A DNA stretch of 64,000 nt from the human T2T-CHM13v2.0 reference genome, Homo sapiens: NCBI RefSeq assembly GCF_009914755.1, contig NC_060925.1. One strand, given 5' to 3'. The notes under the pieces were generated by a model. The model saw nothing but the letters and a program-made list of their open reading frames with translations, did no database searches and had not been told where the DNA came from. Position numbers and translations under genes: made by a program. Positions 13,723 through 25,170 of this stretch are shown here, one piece after another. Positions within the stretch are counted from its first letter, which is position 1, and every line of letters starts with the position of its first letter.

Positions 13723-14648
13723 TCTTCCATCCTCTGCGAATCTAAATACAATCCCTCACACCTTTGGCAAACATTCACAATTTCCTCTGTGCCTTCAGGG
13801 GACAAGTCAAAGGGGCCAGCTAGTTATGAAACACCGTTCCTAAAAGGCCTCTTTAATTATTTCTTGCCCCAGTCAAATGTGACTTTTTATTCTTCCATCA
13901 AACAAGGCACCCAATTATATGATTATAGCTGATCTTTTAAAATGAAGACAGCAGTTTGAAAAATGCTTGTCTTCTCATTGTCTCCTGTTATGCTGTCAGT
14001 CAGCTGGATGGAAGGGGGCGGCTGCAGGGGGTGGAAGTGGTATGACTTCCCCCCTTCTTCCTCTTTTCCCTTTTATACATGGGTAATATGTCTTCCTGTT
14101 TCTACTTTTCCCTGGAAAGATCCTTTCTCCTTCTTGCACCAGCTTTTATCACATACCGAGTTTGTGTTTCTTTGGTTCTGGTCTTCTGGTCTAAAGACAA
14201 AATTTGTCTGGGACAATTTCTGATTTTCAGATCCTTTGACCACTCTGTTTTAGCTTTAGACAGCACCCCTCTGACCTGAGGACCAGTGCTGCATTGATGC
14301 AGTCAGTGACAATACCAACAACAACAACAGACAATAACAGCTACAGACATCTGGATCGTGCTGACCGTGCTGGCTACTCCTTCTCAGTCTCCTTTGCTGG
14401 GTGCTCCCAGCTTTCCTGAATTTAATGTTGGAGTGGGCCAGAGCACAGCCCTTGACCTCTTTTCTATCTATGTTTGCTCCCTTGGTTATCTCATTCAGCT
14501 TTAAATATCTTCTACATGCTCACAACTTCAAAACTATCTCAGTGCAGGCTTCTCTCCTGAACTCCAGGCTTGTGTATCTCACAGTTGACCTCGTGTCTCC
14601 ACTTAGATGTCTAACAGGCATCTTAAATCTCTTTTCCACAACAAATCT

Positions 14649-15190
14649 CTCTCTCTCTCTTTTTTTTTTTTTTTCAGACGGAGTCTCACTCCATCTGTCT
14701 TCTTGGACTAGGAGGTTGTTGAATTTGGTCTTGCAGTGTCTGCTCTCCCTCCAGGATGTGTTAGTGATCTTGTCACATCCTGTCATCTTCCAGGTGATTG
14801 CACATGGATTTTTGGGACATTTGATCTATATCTTGCCTGGTGCAGACAGATTTGTTGGCTTTGTACCTGGAGGGTTACCTTAGCATAGGGCTATTTCAAC
14901 ATGTACCCCATCACAATCTTCAGGGATGCCCATGCTGGAGTGCAGTGGTACAATCTCCACTCACTGCAACCTCCACCTCCTGGTTTCAAGTGATTTTCAT
15001 GCCTCACCCTCCAAAGTAGCTGGGATTACAGGCGTGCTCCACCATGCCCGGCTAATTGTTGTGCTTTTAGTAGAGATGTGGTTTCACCATGTTGGCCAGG
15101 CTGATCTTGAACTCTTGACCTCAAATGATCTGCCTGTTTCAGCCTCCCAAAGTGCTGGGATTACAGGTGTGAGAGCCACCGCGGCTGGCC
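14649..15190 (-). mobile_element. AluS containing a 234-bp non-Alu insertion
   Basis: Antisense Alu with perfect 14-bp TSD tccacaacaaatct (14635-14648, 15191-15204); Alu sequence stops at ~14691 and resumes at ~14927. Confidence 0.97.
14695..14928 (+). repeat. Inserted copy of 13489-13722
   Basis: Direct-orientation copy located 1206 bp downstream of the donor. Confidence 0.97.
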
Positions 15191-16059
15191 TCCACAACAA
15201 ATCTTCTGATACCCCCTATCAAACCCGCTTCTCTTGGTATCTCCACAATGTCAGTAAACAGCAACTCTATTTTTTTCAGTTGCCCAGACCAAAGATTTTG
15301 GTGCGCTCCTTGAATCCTCTTTTCTCTCACTTTCTACATCTGATCTGTAGCAAGTCATATTGGTTGACCTGTAAAATATAGCCAGAATGTGTCCTCATCC
15401 TGACACTTCTGCTGTCCCACCTTAGTTCAAACCATTATAAACATTCACTTCAATTATTCCAGTAACTTCCCAACTGGTCTCTCTGCAATTTGCTCTCAAT
15501 TCCCCTGAAGTAAATTCTCCAAACAAGAGCCAAAGTGATCCTGTAAAAACAGAACTCATGTCTCCTCTGCTCAAAACTCTCAAATGGCTCCCACATCACT
15601 CAGAGTGCAGGTCAAGGTCCTTTCAATGATGCTGGGGCCTTATGTTTCCCAGCCCCATTACTTCTCCTTTCCAGCACTCTCCCCCTTGCTCACTCTGTTC
15701 CATAATGGCCTCCTTGCTGTTCCTTAGATACTGCTGCATCCTTTCACCTCAAGGCCTTTGCACTTGCTCTTCCCTGTTTGGAATGCTTGTCCTCCAGATG
15801 TCTGCCTAGCCCACTTCTGTCAGGGCCATCCCTGGCTACTTACTCAAAATTGCAGCCCCCACTCTAGCCTGTCTCTCTCCTGCTGCTCTATTGATCCCTT
15901 AGCACTTACCACTAGTGCATTTATCTTGTAATTGTTTATACCATGAGGGCAGGCATTTTTCCCTGTTTTGTCTGCTAGACTCCTAGTACTTGGCACAGAG
16001 TAGGCATTTGATAAATATTTGTTTACCGAACTGCTCTAAAATTACTACATCTGTTAACT

Positions 16060-16220
16060 TTTTAAATTCCCACAACAGCCTTATGAGCCCTGTTTAGTAC
16101 ATGAAGAAACTGAGGCACAAATAGGTTAAATAAATGACCCAAACTCACACAGCTAGTAATGACATAGCTGGAATTTAATTCCAGGCAGTCTGGGTCTGAG
16201 CCCATGTGCTCCACCACTAG
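16060..16220 (-). mobile_element. MIR SINE
   Basis: atgaagaaactgaggcacaaataggttaaataaatgacccaaactcacacagctagt. Confidence 0.85.
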
Positions 16221-16494
16221 GCTTCACTGTCAGGGTGTGGGGTGTGGTTTTCTGTCCCTGTGTTTGGGAGCTGTCACGTGGTCCAGGGACTCAGCAGGAG
16301 TTGGTCGCTGTTGTGGTCAGCTTGAGTGGACATAGGTTGAGCAGCCTGAGGTCTAGGAAAGAGGTTTCTTACAGAGCCAGCCAGGCAGCAACTGTTCATA
16401 TGGTTTAATAGCAGCAATTGATAGGAGGCTCCTGCTGTACTCACAACTCTGATCTGGGACAATACGAAGAGGTCTCACTGGATAGCAGCTGATT

Positions 16495-16680
16495 ACTGTA
16501 GTTTACAATGTGCCAGACACTGGGCTAAGTGCCTTCCACGTACCACTTTCTTCCATCCTCTCAACAAGCCTGTGTGCTAGATCCTGCTCTTTCAAAAGAA
16601 AATCTGATCCACATGTTAGAGTTTTACAAGAGGCTCAGAGAGGTTGAGTACCCTACCTCAGGCCACACAGTTGGTAAACC
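16495..16680 (-). mobile_element. MIR SINE
   Basis: aatgtgccagacactgggctaagtg...gaggctcagagaggttgagt...ggccacacagttggta. Confidence 0.7.
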
Positions 16681-19411
16681 GAGAGGTTGTCCTCCAATGA
16701 TAACATCTGTGGCATCTACATCCTACTACCCGCTCCCCCGCATTATTACACGTGATCCTCACCATAGCCATGCAAGTGACATGCTGCTGGCCTTGATTTA
16801 TAACCCCAGAAGCTATGGGAGTTTGGCCCAGCCAGGCTATACTCTTGGGTCATTTCCTCCAGTGGGCACCTCTGGGGGCTTCTGGATAGCCTCTTGCCCT
16901 TGGCCTTTCACTATTTGCCCCAGTCCCTCCGCAAACCTTTCTTATCTCCCTCAACCATCTGCTGACCTAATGTTTAAGCCAAAGTGATAATTAACTGGAC
17001 CCTCCTTTAATGTAAAGATTTATTCAAGGAAGACAAACATAAAAAATACTTGCTTTTATCTGCTCACAGTTTCCTTTGAGAAATAGGAAATGTCCTGTGT
17101 CCCCTCACCCCTGAACCTCCATTCCCCAGGGACCAAGGTGGAAAGAATGGGAGACCAGCAGTGAGGTCAGGGCCTCTGGCCTGCCTGTCCTGACTTCTGA
17201 TCCAGAGCCTTCTACCAACAAGGGACAGCCCTCAGTTTCTCAGGGCCAGGATCTGGTGAGCCATGGAGGTATCTTCCAGTATTGGAAGGAGTGTGCATTG
17301 GCCTGGGGACCTGGCCACCTTCCCACTTCTGCCCCTCAGGTCGCAGATGAAGGTGGCCCGGGTTGACCTGCATTATCTGGATCACAGACCTGGGCATGCT
17401 GGGGTCAGCAAAGAAGAGCCCATTTGGCTGTGGCAGCTTTGTGGGCAATGGTGGGTGTGGTGGCTTGGAAGAAGGACAGAGAGAAGGAGAAGGGGCAGGA
17501 GGTGACCTAGGGCACAAGGAATCAGCAGGGGAGAGAAGGGCAGCTCTGAGTAAATGGGCTTCTGGTTTTCTCTCCCGAGCAGCGCAGGCTCCTGGCCTTT
17601 TCAGGCCTTCTTTGCCCACCTGTGGTGAGTGAAGGGAACTGCAACTGCGCTTTCTCTCCACTTGTCATGTTGAAGTCCACACCTGAGTGGACTGGGCCTC
17701 AGGTGGCCAAACAAAATAGAGGATGCCCAGTTACAGCTGAAGTCCAGGTAAGCAATGAATGGTTTTTTAGCAGAAGTACAAAAAAGTCATTCATTGCTTG
17801 TCTGAAATTCAAACGTAACTGGACATTTTGTATTTTTATTTACAAGATTGGTAACATTACCTGGGGTCTGACAGTAGCCTGGACGGGTCTTCTTCTCGTG
17901 GACAGCCTTGGTAAGAGCCTTCAGCACAAGCTGCCCTTAGTAGATATTCACAGGGCATGGGAAGGAGCTATATTTGCAGTAGGCCTCTAAGACCTTTCTG
18001 AGCCCCGGAATGCTTTATCCACCTGCAGCCTGAAATTTCATGATGAGTCTTTGGTCAGTTAATAAGTAGTGGGGAGCTGACTGGATGGAAGGCAGATTCA
18101 TCTGAATAGGTATCTGATAGCAATTGATCAGATGTGTGGGGAAGGGCATATCCTCCTCAGACCTGGGAAGTGAATGTAATAAGACCCACTACACGGGCTT
18201 ACTGTAAAGATCAAAAGATACAGTGTATGTGAAAGCTACTCGGCATATAGAAAGTGCTCAGTAAATACTAACTGATATCATTTTTAGGGCAAAGCACAGA
18301 CAGCCGTGGAGAACCCAGAAGGTCCTGGGCAGATAAGGAACTCATCAAGAGAGAAGAAGATGGAACAGAAGGGGAAGGCATCCTGGGAAGTGGCCCTACC
18401 TCTCCCTATAGTCGTTACATTGCTGCTGCTGTTCTGGACCCCCTTGAAGGCCTTAGCCTTTACCCTGCCTCCTGTTGTCTGGAAGCCAGGCCCTCAAGGT
18501 GGGAGGTGGGGAGCAGGAGCAGGTGGCCAGGGAGATGGAAGGACTTGAGACCTGGGCAGGAGAGGTAGAGAGCCTGGGAATATCAGGACTTGGCCATGAC
18601 AGATGGTGGGGCTGGGAGGAAGGAGGCATGAAAGATGCAGGAAATCATGGCTACTGTGAAAATGGAAAGGAGAAATATCTTTTAATATATGTGAATATCA
18701 GTATAGGATGAGGATTCTATTACATTTAGTATGAGAAAATACCATCTCCTTCAATGCCAGTTATAAATAAAGGAGATGCAGCAAAGTAAGAAGGTATAAA
18801 CTATAAGAAGGGGCATAGCTATATAAATACAAGAAAAATACAACCAAACACCACCATTTGTGCCTAATTACCATGAATCCCAGAGATGGTAATAAATTCA
18901 TGGCATATGCATTTTGCCTGACTAGAGTTTAGGGTGGCTATGACATTATACCCTGTCCAGGCAGCCTTAGCCTTCTGAGTGTCAAAGGCATTCTCTCATG
19001 CGGTCATTGGTAGCTAACGACACAGTGTTGGTGCTGAGCATTTGCTTTTTAATAGAAGGTGGTGGCCTACATGCAAATGACCATGAGGGAGTTAATCCTC
19101 AGCCTTTCCTCAAAGGGACTCTTGCACACAATTTCAGGGCCTGGGGCAAGAGAGCACATGGTGGCCTATGAACCATATGTCTAAATATTTAAAAGTCAAG
19201 CTAACAAACTGTTACATAAAATGTGTTCACTTCCTATCTTGACACAGGTACCTTTGTAACAACCTGGGAGGTCATGTTCAAATTCAGGACCATGGATTCC
19301 CCCATCTTGTCACAATTTGGTAGAAGGCTCTGGCCCTGTTCTGTGTCTACGACCCCTTTTGCCAACCGCCTTCTTTTCCCACTCCTGGCTCTGTCTGGCA
19401 CCTTGAGGGGA

Positions 19412-19893
19412 TGCATGAGTTTTCTATCCCTGCTATAGTAAATTACCACCGACTTAGCGATTTGAAACAACACAGATTTATTCTCTTATACTTCTGGAGG
19501 TCAGGAGTCTGGCTTGGGTTTCACTGGGCTAAACTCGTGGTGCTGGCAGGGCAGCACTCCTTCTGCGGCTCTAGGCGGGAACCCATTCCCTTTCCTCTTC
19601 CAGCCTCCAGAGGCTGCCAGTATTCCTCTGCTCATGGCCCTTCCTTCCACCTTCAAAACCAGCAACACTGTACCTTCGCACTCTTTCCAACTCTCCTGCC
19701 TCTCCTCTATCACATGGAAGGACTTTCCTAATTATATTGGGCCCAGCTGGATAATCCAGGCTAGTCTTCCCATCTCAAGATCTGTGATTTAATTGCATCT
19801 GGAAAGTCCTCTTTGCCATGTAAGGTACCATATTCACAGGTTCTGAGGATCAGGATGTGGACATCTTTGGAGGTGGCATTATTCTGCCTCTCA
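19412..19893 (-). mobile_element. MLT1 (C/D-like) solo LTR
   Basis: aaattaccac...aaacaacacagatttattctcttatacttctggaggtcagga...gccatgtaaggtaccatattcacaggttctgaggatcaggatgtggacatc. Confidence 0.88.
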
Positions 19894-20431
19894 CTGGGTC
19901 CTTGTACACAGTGTGGATATTGCCCTGTCCCCTGCAAACAGCTGCTCTGTGGGCCTAGGGATCAGGGCTTGAGTGGCAACACCCGTCCTTGAGATGATGA
20001 ATTAGGCCCACATGGATTAACGGAAGCCCTGGCCCAGGATGAGGGAAGAAGGACCACCTGAAGGTGATGGGAGGTGGTGTTCCTTTCTTTCTCTAGCAAA
20101 CACATGTTCAAAGTCCTTTTCCATGTCCCTAAACTCACCTGTCAAGCAGACCGCAGGATAGGAGGCAGATGGGAGACTACAAAGTTTTGTCTGGCCATCA
20201 CCATCCTGGCCCCACCTGCTTGATGTGGCTGACAGGTGATCCTGAGATGTGCTCTCCTCGGCAGGGGATCTGGAGGAGGGGAAGAAGCAACATCAATTTC
20301 TACCATATGCTTTTTATTTTCTAAGAAATTAAGCACAATTTCTTCTTCCCAGTGAATTTCTTTAACAAGGATATTTTAAAGCCTTGGAAAACATTCTTGT
20401 CCTAGTTTAATTGTATAAAGACTTTCTGTGC

Positions 20432-20575
20432 TGGAAGGGAAAGCTGAGAGAGAGAAAGAGACAGAAGAGAGAGAGAGGAGGGAGAGATGGGAAGAGTAAG
20501 GTGGGAGAGTGGAAGCAAGGAGAAAAGATGGGGAAGAGGGAGTGGGAGGGAGGAGGAGGGAGAAAGGAGAGAGAA
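20432..20575. repeat. GA-rich polypurine tract
   Basis: About 140 bp almost entirely A/G. Confidence 0.85.
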
Positions 20576-21859
20576 TACATTAAGGAAATTACAGAGTACC
20601 TCTTTCCTTGAATGAATGTTCTCTCCCAATTTCCTTCTCTCCCAGTTGGCTGCCACCCCCAGCTCACCTTGCAGAGATTAATCACCTGAGGTCTCAGGGG
20701 AAGGAGCCCATGGCATTTTCTCCAGTGTCACATTCCCTTTGGTTCCAGCCCTCAGTGCCTGCTGATCTGTGAGGCTTCTTTGATGATGGGGCATCTTCCG
20801 TGGGGACATCTGAGGCAGGTAGGGCAAAAAAAGGCCCTAGTGGACTCAGGAGCTTGAACTGTGGTGCCCAGGCTGGGGTAATTGTGCCCAGTTGAAGAGT
20901 CTATGGTTGGGAGATGCCCAGGGATCTCTCAGCTCCACATCTTCAACCCTTTCCCGGCACTTCCCTCATGAGAGTGGGACCTGACCAGCTGTCTGACCTC
21001 AGTGTCTCTCTTTAACCCCACCCATTGCCTGAGCTCCTCCTCAGTCTTCCTGTCATTCTGACCTCAGCCTGAGGGGTTCTTGTGGCTCCACCCTGGCCAG
21101 TGAAGTTGGCCCCCACTTATGGAAGAACAGATGCACTGAAGGTGGGGACTGAGGAGCACTCCATAGAATTTTTATCTTCTTCTGAGATGACGCTTGAATT
21201 TCCGTCTACTATCTCCTAGAAATCCCTGCTTCTGAGGAAGAAAGTTGGGGAAACTGAGGCAATTATGAGACATCCATTATACATCAGAAACACTCTGTGA
21301 TGCCTTATTCCTTTGGCTAACAGGCAAGAGGGAGTGGCCAGAAGCCTCCTATTTTGGCCTCTTGTCAGCATTGAGTGGACACCTCTCTGTCCTTCCAAAC
21401 CAGAGTGTCAGAAGGTCCCTAAGTCACCCTCAAGCAGGAACAGGGCCCCATGATGTCCTGATGTCACATTTGCCTTGCCTTTAGTGCCTCTGAGGACAGA
21501 TGGAGAACTGGGTCAGGGGAGGGCAGAAAGGAGGAAAGCATTGGGAAAATCTACCAGACGGGAGCTCTGTGAGGGCAGGGACGGTGCCCTAGTTATCGAT
21601 AGACCCTCGGCTCTGAGCAGCACCTGGCAGAAAGAGCATGCATAAGGACGGTTGACAATCCAGTGACTGCCCAAGAACTTGGTTTGCTTAATCTGAAAAA
21701 TTTGAGACCTTGGTCTGCTTATCTGAAAAACCTTTGTGTCTCATCTGTTACTTTCTCTGACTTCATAGAACAGAGTTGTTCTGAAGAGGAGTTATTTGCC
21801 TAAAGCTCTGGGGTGGAGTTTGAAAATTAGCACCATACTTGTTTGGAAAAGTGAGAGTT

Positions 21860-22600
21860 TGTTTATTCAACAAGCATGTATTCTGTATTTGCTTTATGCT
21901 ATTAGGTAGAGTGAGAAGTGCTAGGGTTAAATGACCAGGAAGAAAAACAGGGTTCTTGGAGCTGTGAAGTTTATAGTCTAGACGGGGCACAGAATTTGGC
22001 CAAATAATCTTGCAGATGGATAATTTCAGACTGGGATGAGTGTTTTGAAGGCGAAGTTCAGGAGGCTGAGAGAAAGTTTAGCAGGGAGAACAGGGGGCCC
22101 TGGTCTATTGTGGATTCCTTTCCTAAGGGAGTGATGTTTGAGAGGGGTGGTGAAGCAGACTGCAGTGGAGAAGAGAATTCCAGGTGGAGGGTACATCACA
22201 TCAGGGGCTCCTCAGTGAAGGTGGCCTGGGAAGTGCTAAGGAGGCTAGTGTGGCTGGAAGGCAGAGACTGAGGGAGAAACAATACACAGTGGTGTGGCTG
22301 AAGAGGTGGGGAAGAGGCAGAAGGCACAGGCCCTTGCAGGCTGCAGACAGTATGGATTATGTCCTAGAAGAACAGGAAGCCATTCAAGGGTTAGAAGTAG
22401 GAGGGTGACGTGGTCAGCACTTTGACTTGGAGTGGATGATGGTTGGGAAGAGGGAAGGGTGCACACCGGTGACCAGTTGTAAGGCCAATGCAATGGCTCC
22501 CATAGTGATGGTGTCAGTGGAGATGTAGGAAGATGAATTAATTTGAGAATTATTTAGGAGATAAATGGATAGGCTTTGAGAATGAGATGGATTGCATGAA
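21860..22600 (-). mobile_element. L2 LINE fragment
   Basis: ttattcaacaagcatgtatt...gagctgtgaagtttatagtctag...gaggctagtgtggctggaag. Confidence 0.75.
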
Positions 22601-22667
22601 GGATGAATGATTCCTAGTATAGAAAACCCGTCCACCAATCACTGTGCAAAGGGTTTTAGAGAAGGTG

Positions 22668-23510
22668 AGTATATCAGTGAGGATGCTTTCTGTTGTAATA
22701 GAAAACCCAGCCCCGGAGGAAAAATGGCTCCAATGTTGGCTAAGTTAGCAGCTGTACAATGTAATGAAAGAAACAGGCTCTTTCCAGTTTTCCATTCTGC
22801 TTAGGGGTTTTGTCCTCAAACTATCCCCTCACTCTGGAAAGATAACTGCTGAAGTTCTGGACATCATGCCCAGTCATGAGTTATCTGAGTAAATAAGAGG
22901 GAGTGTATTTCTTTTTCTCTAAAACAATTTTTATTTTTTGAGACAGAGTCTCACTCTGCTGCCCAGGCTGGAGTGCAGTGGTGCGATCATGGCTCACTGC
23001 AGCCCTCACCTTCTTGGGCTCAGGTGATCCTCCCACCTCAGCCTCCTGAGTAGCTGGAACCACAGGCATGCACCACCACACCTGGCTAATTATATATATA
23101 TATATATTTTTTTTAATTAATTAATTTTTTTTTGTAGGGACAAGTTTTCGCCATGCTGCCCAGGCTGTTCTCAAACTCATAGGCTCAAGTGATCCACCTG
23201 CCTCGGACTCCCAAAGTGCTGGGATTACAGGCCCAAGCTACCTTGCCTGGCCTGTATCTGTTTTAAAGTAACCTTTCCTAATCCCCACCCCTCTCCACAA
23301 ACTTCCCTTCCTGTTTCCTTGGCCCAAACTGGTTCACATCATGATTGCTGAATAAATAGCTGGCAAGGAAATGGAATTACCACAACTGGCTAAGATAAAT
23401 CAGAATTAATATCACATTCTGTGATTAAGAGATAGTTTAACAAAACTGGAATTCTCTCACCAAGAAAGGCAAGGGAAACGAATTTTGGGAGGGCAACTGA
23501 GTGTCTATTA
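22668..23510 (-). mobile_element. Old MLT1-type LTR interrupted by an Alu
   Basis: tatcagtgaggatgctttctgttgtaatagaaaaccc...; continues after the Alu with ttggcccaaactggttcacat. Confidence 0.55.
22928..23252 (-). mobile_element. AluJ with expanded (TA)n in the middle linker
   Basis: gagacagagtctcactctg...gatcatggctcactgcagcc...ctcccaaagtgctgggattacagg. Confidence 0.95.
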
Positions 23511-23700
23511 ATTAGGGATCATTTTCCAAAATCCTCCCAAGGAGAAGCAGACAGGGAGAAACGTCTTTGAGCTGTCCTTCTGAGAGGAGGGTGGCCTGCT
23601 CTAGGTTGGAGACTGGGGCTCAGGCATTAATCCAGGCCTTTTCTTTAAGTCTAAGGTTATTGAATCTTGGAGCAGGAGAAGACCTTATGAACTTCTAAAT

Positions 23701-23880
23701 CAGTGGTTCTTAAATCTGGCTGGATGTCCGAGTAAATTGGGGAGGGTGTTAAAATACAAATTCCCAGCCTCTACAACCATCATCTGAATCAGAATCCCAG
23801 GAGGTGGAGGTCTAGGAATCTGGATTACTAAAGAGCTTACAGGCATTTTGGATACTGATGGTCTAGTACCTAGGAACCAC
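23701..23880. mobile_element. MER5-type hAT-Charlie DNA transposon
   Basis: Terminal inverted ends cagtggttct...ggaaccac; internal ctgaatcagaatc. Confidence 0.75.
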
Positions 23881-24279
23881 AAATCCATCCCCCACATTTA
23901 AGAGATGGGGAGAGAGAAACCCAGAGAGGGAACTTAATTTACCCAAGTTCATCTAGAGAATTGGTCGACCCAGTGCGGAGAGAACCTTCCTGGGAGGACC
24001 TGCCTGAGGACCCCGTCTTCTGGGTACCCTTATGTAGGGGGAGGGAACTGTGCAGGAGCAGCAGGGCTGGAAGCCCCATGTGCCTGGATCAGCAGCCCCC
24101 GCACGGTGGGCTAGGTCTTTGCCTGTGTTGGGATGGGGACCTGTAACCATGACCACCACACATTAGTCTGAACCTTAGCAAACCTCACCACATTCAACCC
24201 TGAAATAACCCTGGGCTTAGGAATCAGCATTCCCGTTGTAGAGATCGGTGGACCGATGCTCTCAGAGGCTTCCACAAGC

Positions 24280-24900
24280 GTTTGTATTGTTTGGGGCGGT
24301 CGGAACTCAGCGCTGCGGAAGCCGGTGTATCTGAGTCTCTCCACGTGGCTCTACTTTTCTGCAGCCCTGTAGAAATAAACCTGGGTCCTCGCTCCCTGGC
24401 CTGGGGAAGGAGGTCTGCAGGGGTCTGTGGGGGCCCTGGAGGCGCCTTCCCAGCTGCACAGGCTCAGTCGGACCAGCAGAGGTCACTGCGTGGGAAAGAG
24501 TGGGGCGCCAACCCGCGCAGAGCCCAGCCGGCGACCGCCCCCGCGTCCCCGCGGAGCTCCCTGCCTTCTGCCGCAGTCCTCCGAGGGCTGGGCTTCTGGG
24601 GCAGGTCATGGCTATTGCAACCAAAGGGAGGCCCGGGTGCCAGTGGGCGGCCGCCGCGGTGTGGAGGGCGCCAGGGCGGTACGGCGCAGCGGGCCGCACT
24701 CTTGGGACGCCCCGCCTGCTCTGCGGAGCCTGCCTGGGATGCCCTTTCCTGGTCACGGACTCCGCCGGCAGCCGGGGCGGGACGGACCAGAGGCTACCAA
24801 CTGGGGGCTTCTGCTGCCTGGGACACGGGGATCCACATTGCCGTCCGAATCCCATCGCCAAAGCCTGTATGTGCAGCCGAGTGGGAGAGTGGCTTAGGTA
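24280..24900. promoter_or_regulatory. CpG island (orphan; candidate promoter/insulator)
   Basis: Abrupt GC- and CpG-rich segment (gcggccgc, ccgcgg, ggggcggg GC boxes) in a CpG-depleted background. Confidence 0.85.
24473..24486 (+). promoter_or_regulatory. Putative CTCF site
   Basis: CCAGCAGAGGTCAC, one mismatch to core CCASYAGRKGGCRS. Confidence 0.5.
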
Positions 24901-24914
24901 CTGAGTTTTAGGGC

Positions 24915-25170
24915 AAGCATACCCCAGACCACGAGAAGAGACCAGCTTGCCTGGGCTTGAACCCTGCCCTTCCCCGCTGTAGCTGGGCACTGCTGGGCAA
25001 GTTATCCCACCTCCCTGCCTCTTGGGTTCCTCGCCTACACCGGAGAGTATGTGCCTGCCCCATGGGGTTGCCCCGAAGCTTCGTGAGTTTTATGAGTTTC
25101 TCTGTGTAAAGGCTTGGGCAGAGCATGGCACAGGGTCAGTGCTGCGTGTAAAGTGTTAACTATATTATTG
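24915..25170 (+). mobile_element. MIR SINE
   Basis: gcctgggcttgaaccctg...ctgggcaagttat...tgtaaaggcttgggcagagcatggcac. Confidence 0.7.

Larger units (their letters stand above)
14370..16030 (+). mobile_element. L2 LINE (long fragment, split by the Alu at 14649-15190)
   Basis: L2 text ctctcctgaactccaggcttgtgtatc...ctgctcaaaactctcaaatggctccc...ggcctttgcacttgct...ggcacagagtaggcatttgataaatatttg. Confidence 0.85.

Noticed and set aside
14401-14883. 160-aa ORF sharing sequence with ORF 13468-13677 (apparent paralogous hydrophobic proteins)
   Set aside because: Runs through L2, Alu tail and the duplicated insert; the similarity is explained by the DNA duplication, and the starts are non-ATG or unsupported
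24282-24990. Overlapping 134-227 aa ORFs on both strands
   Set aside because: Stop-poor GC-rich CpG island; low-complexity Gly/Arg/Pro/Ala content and no recognisable domain
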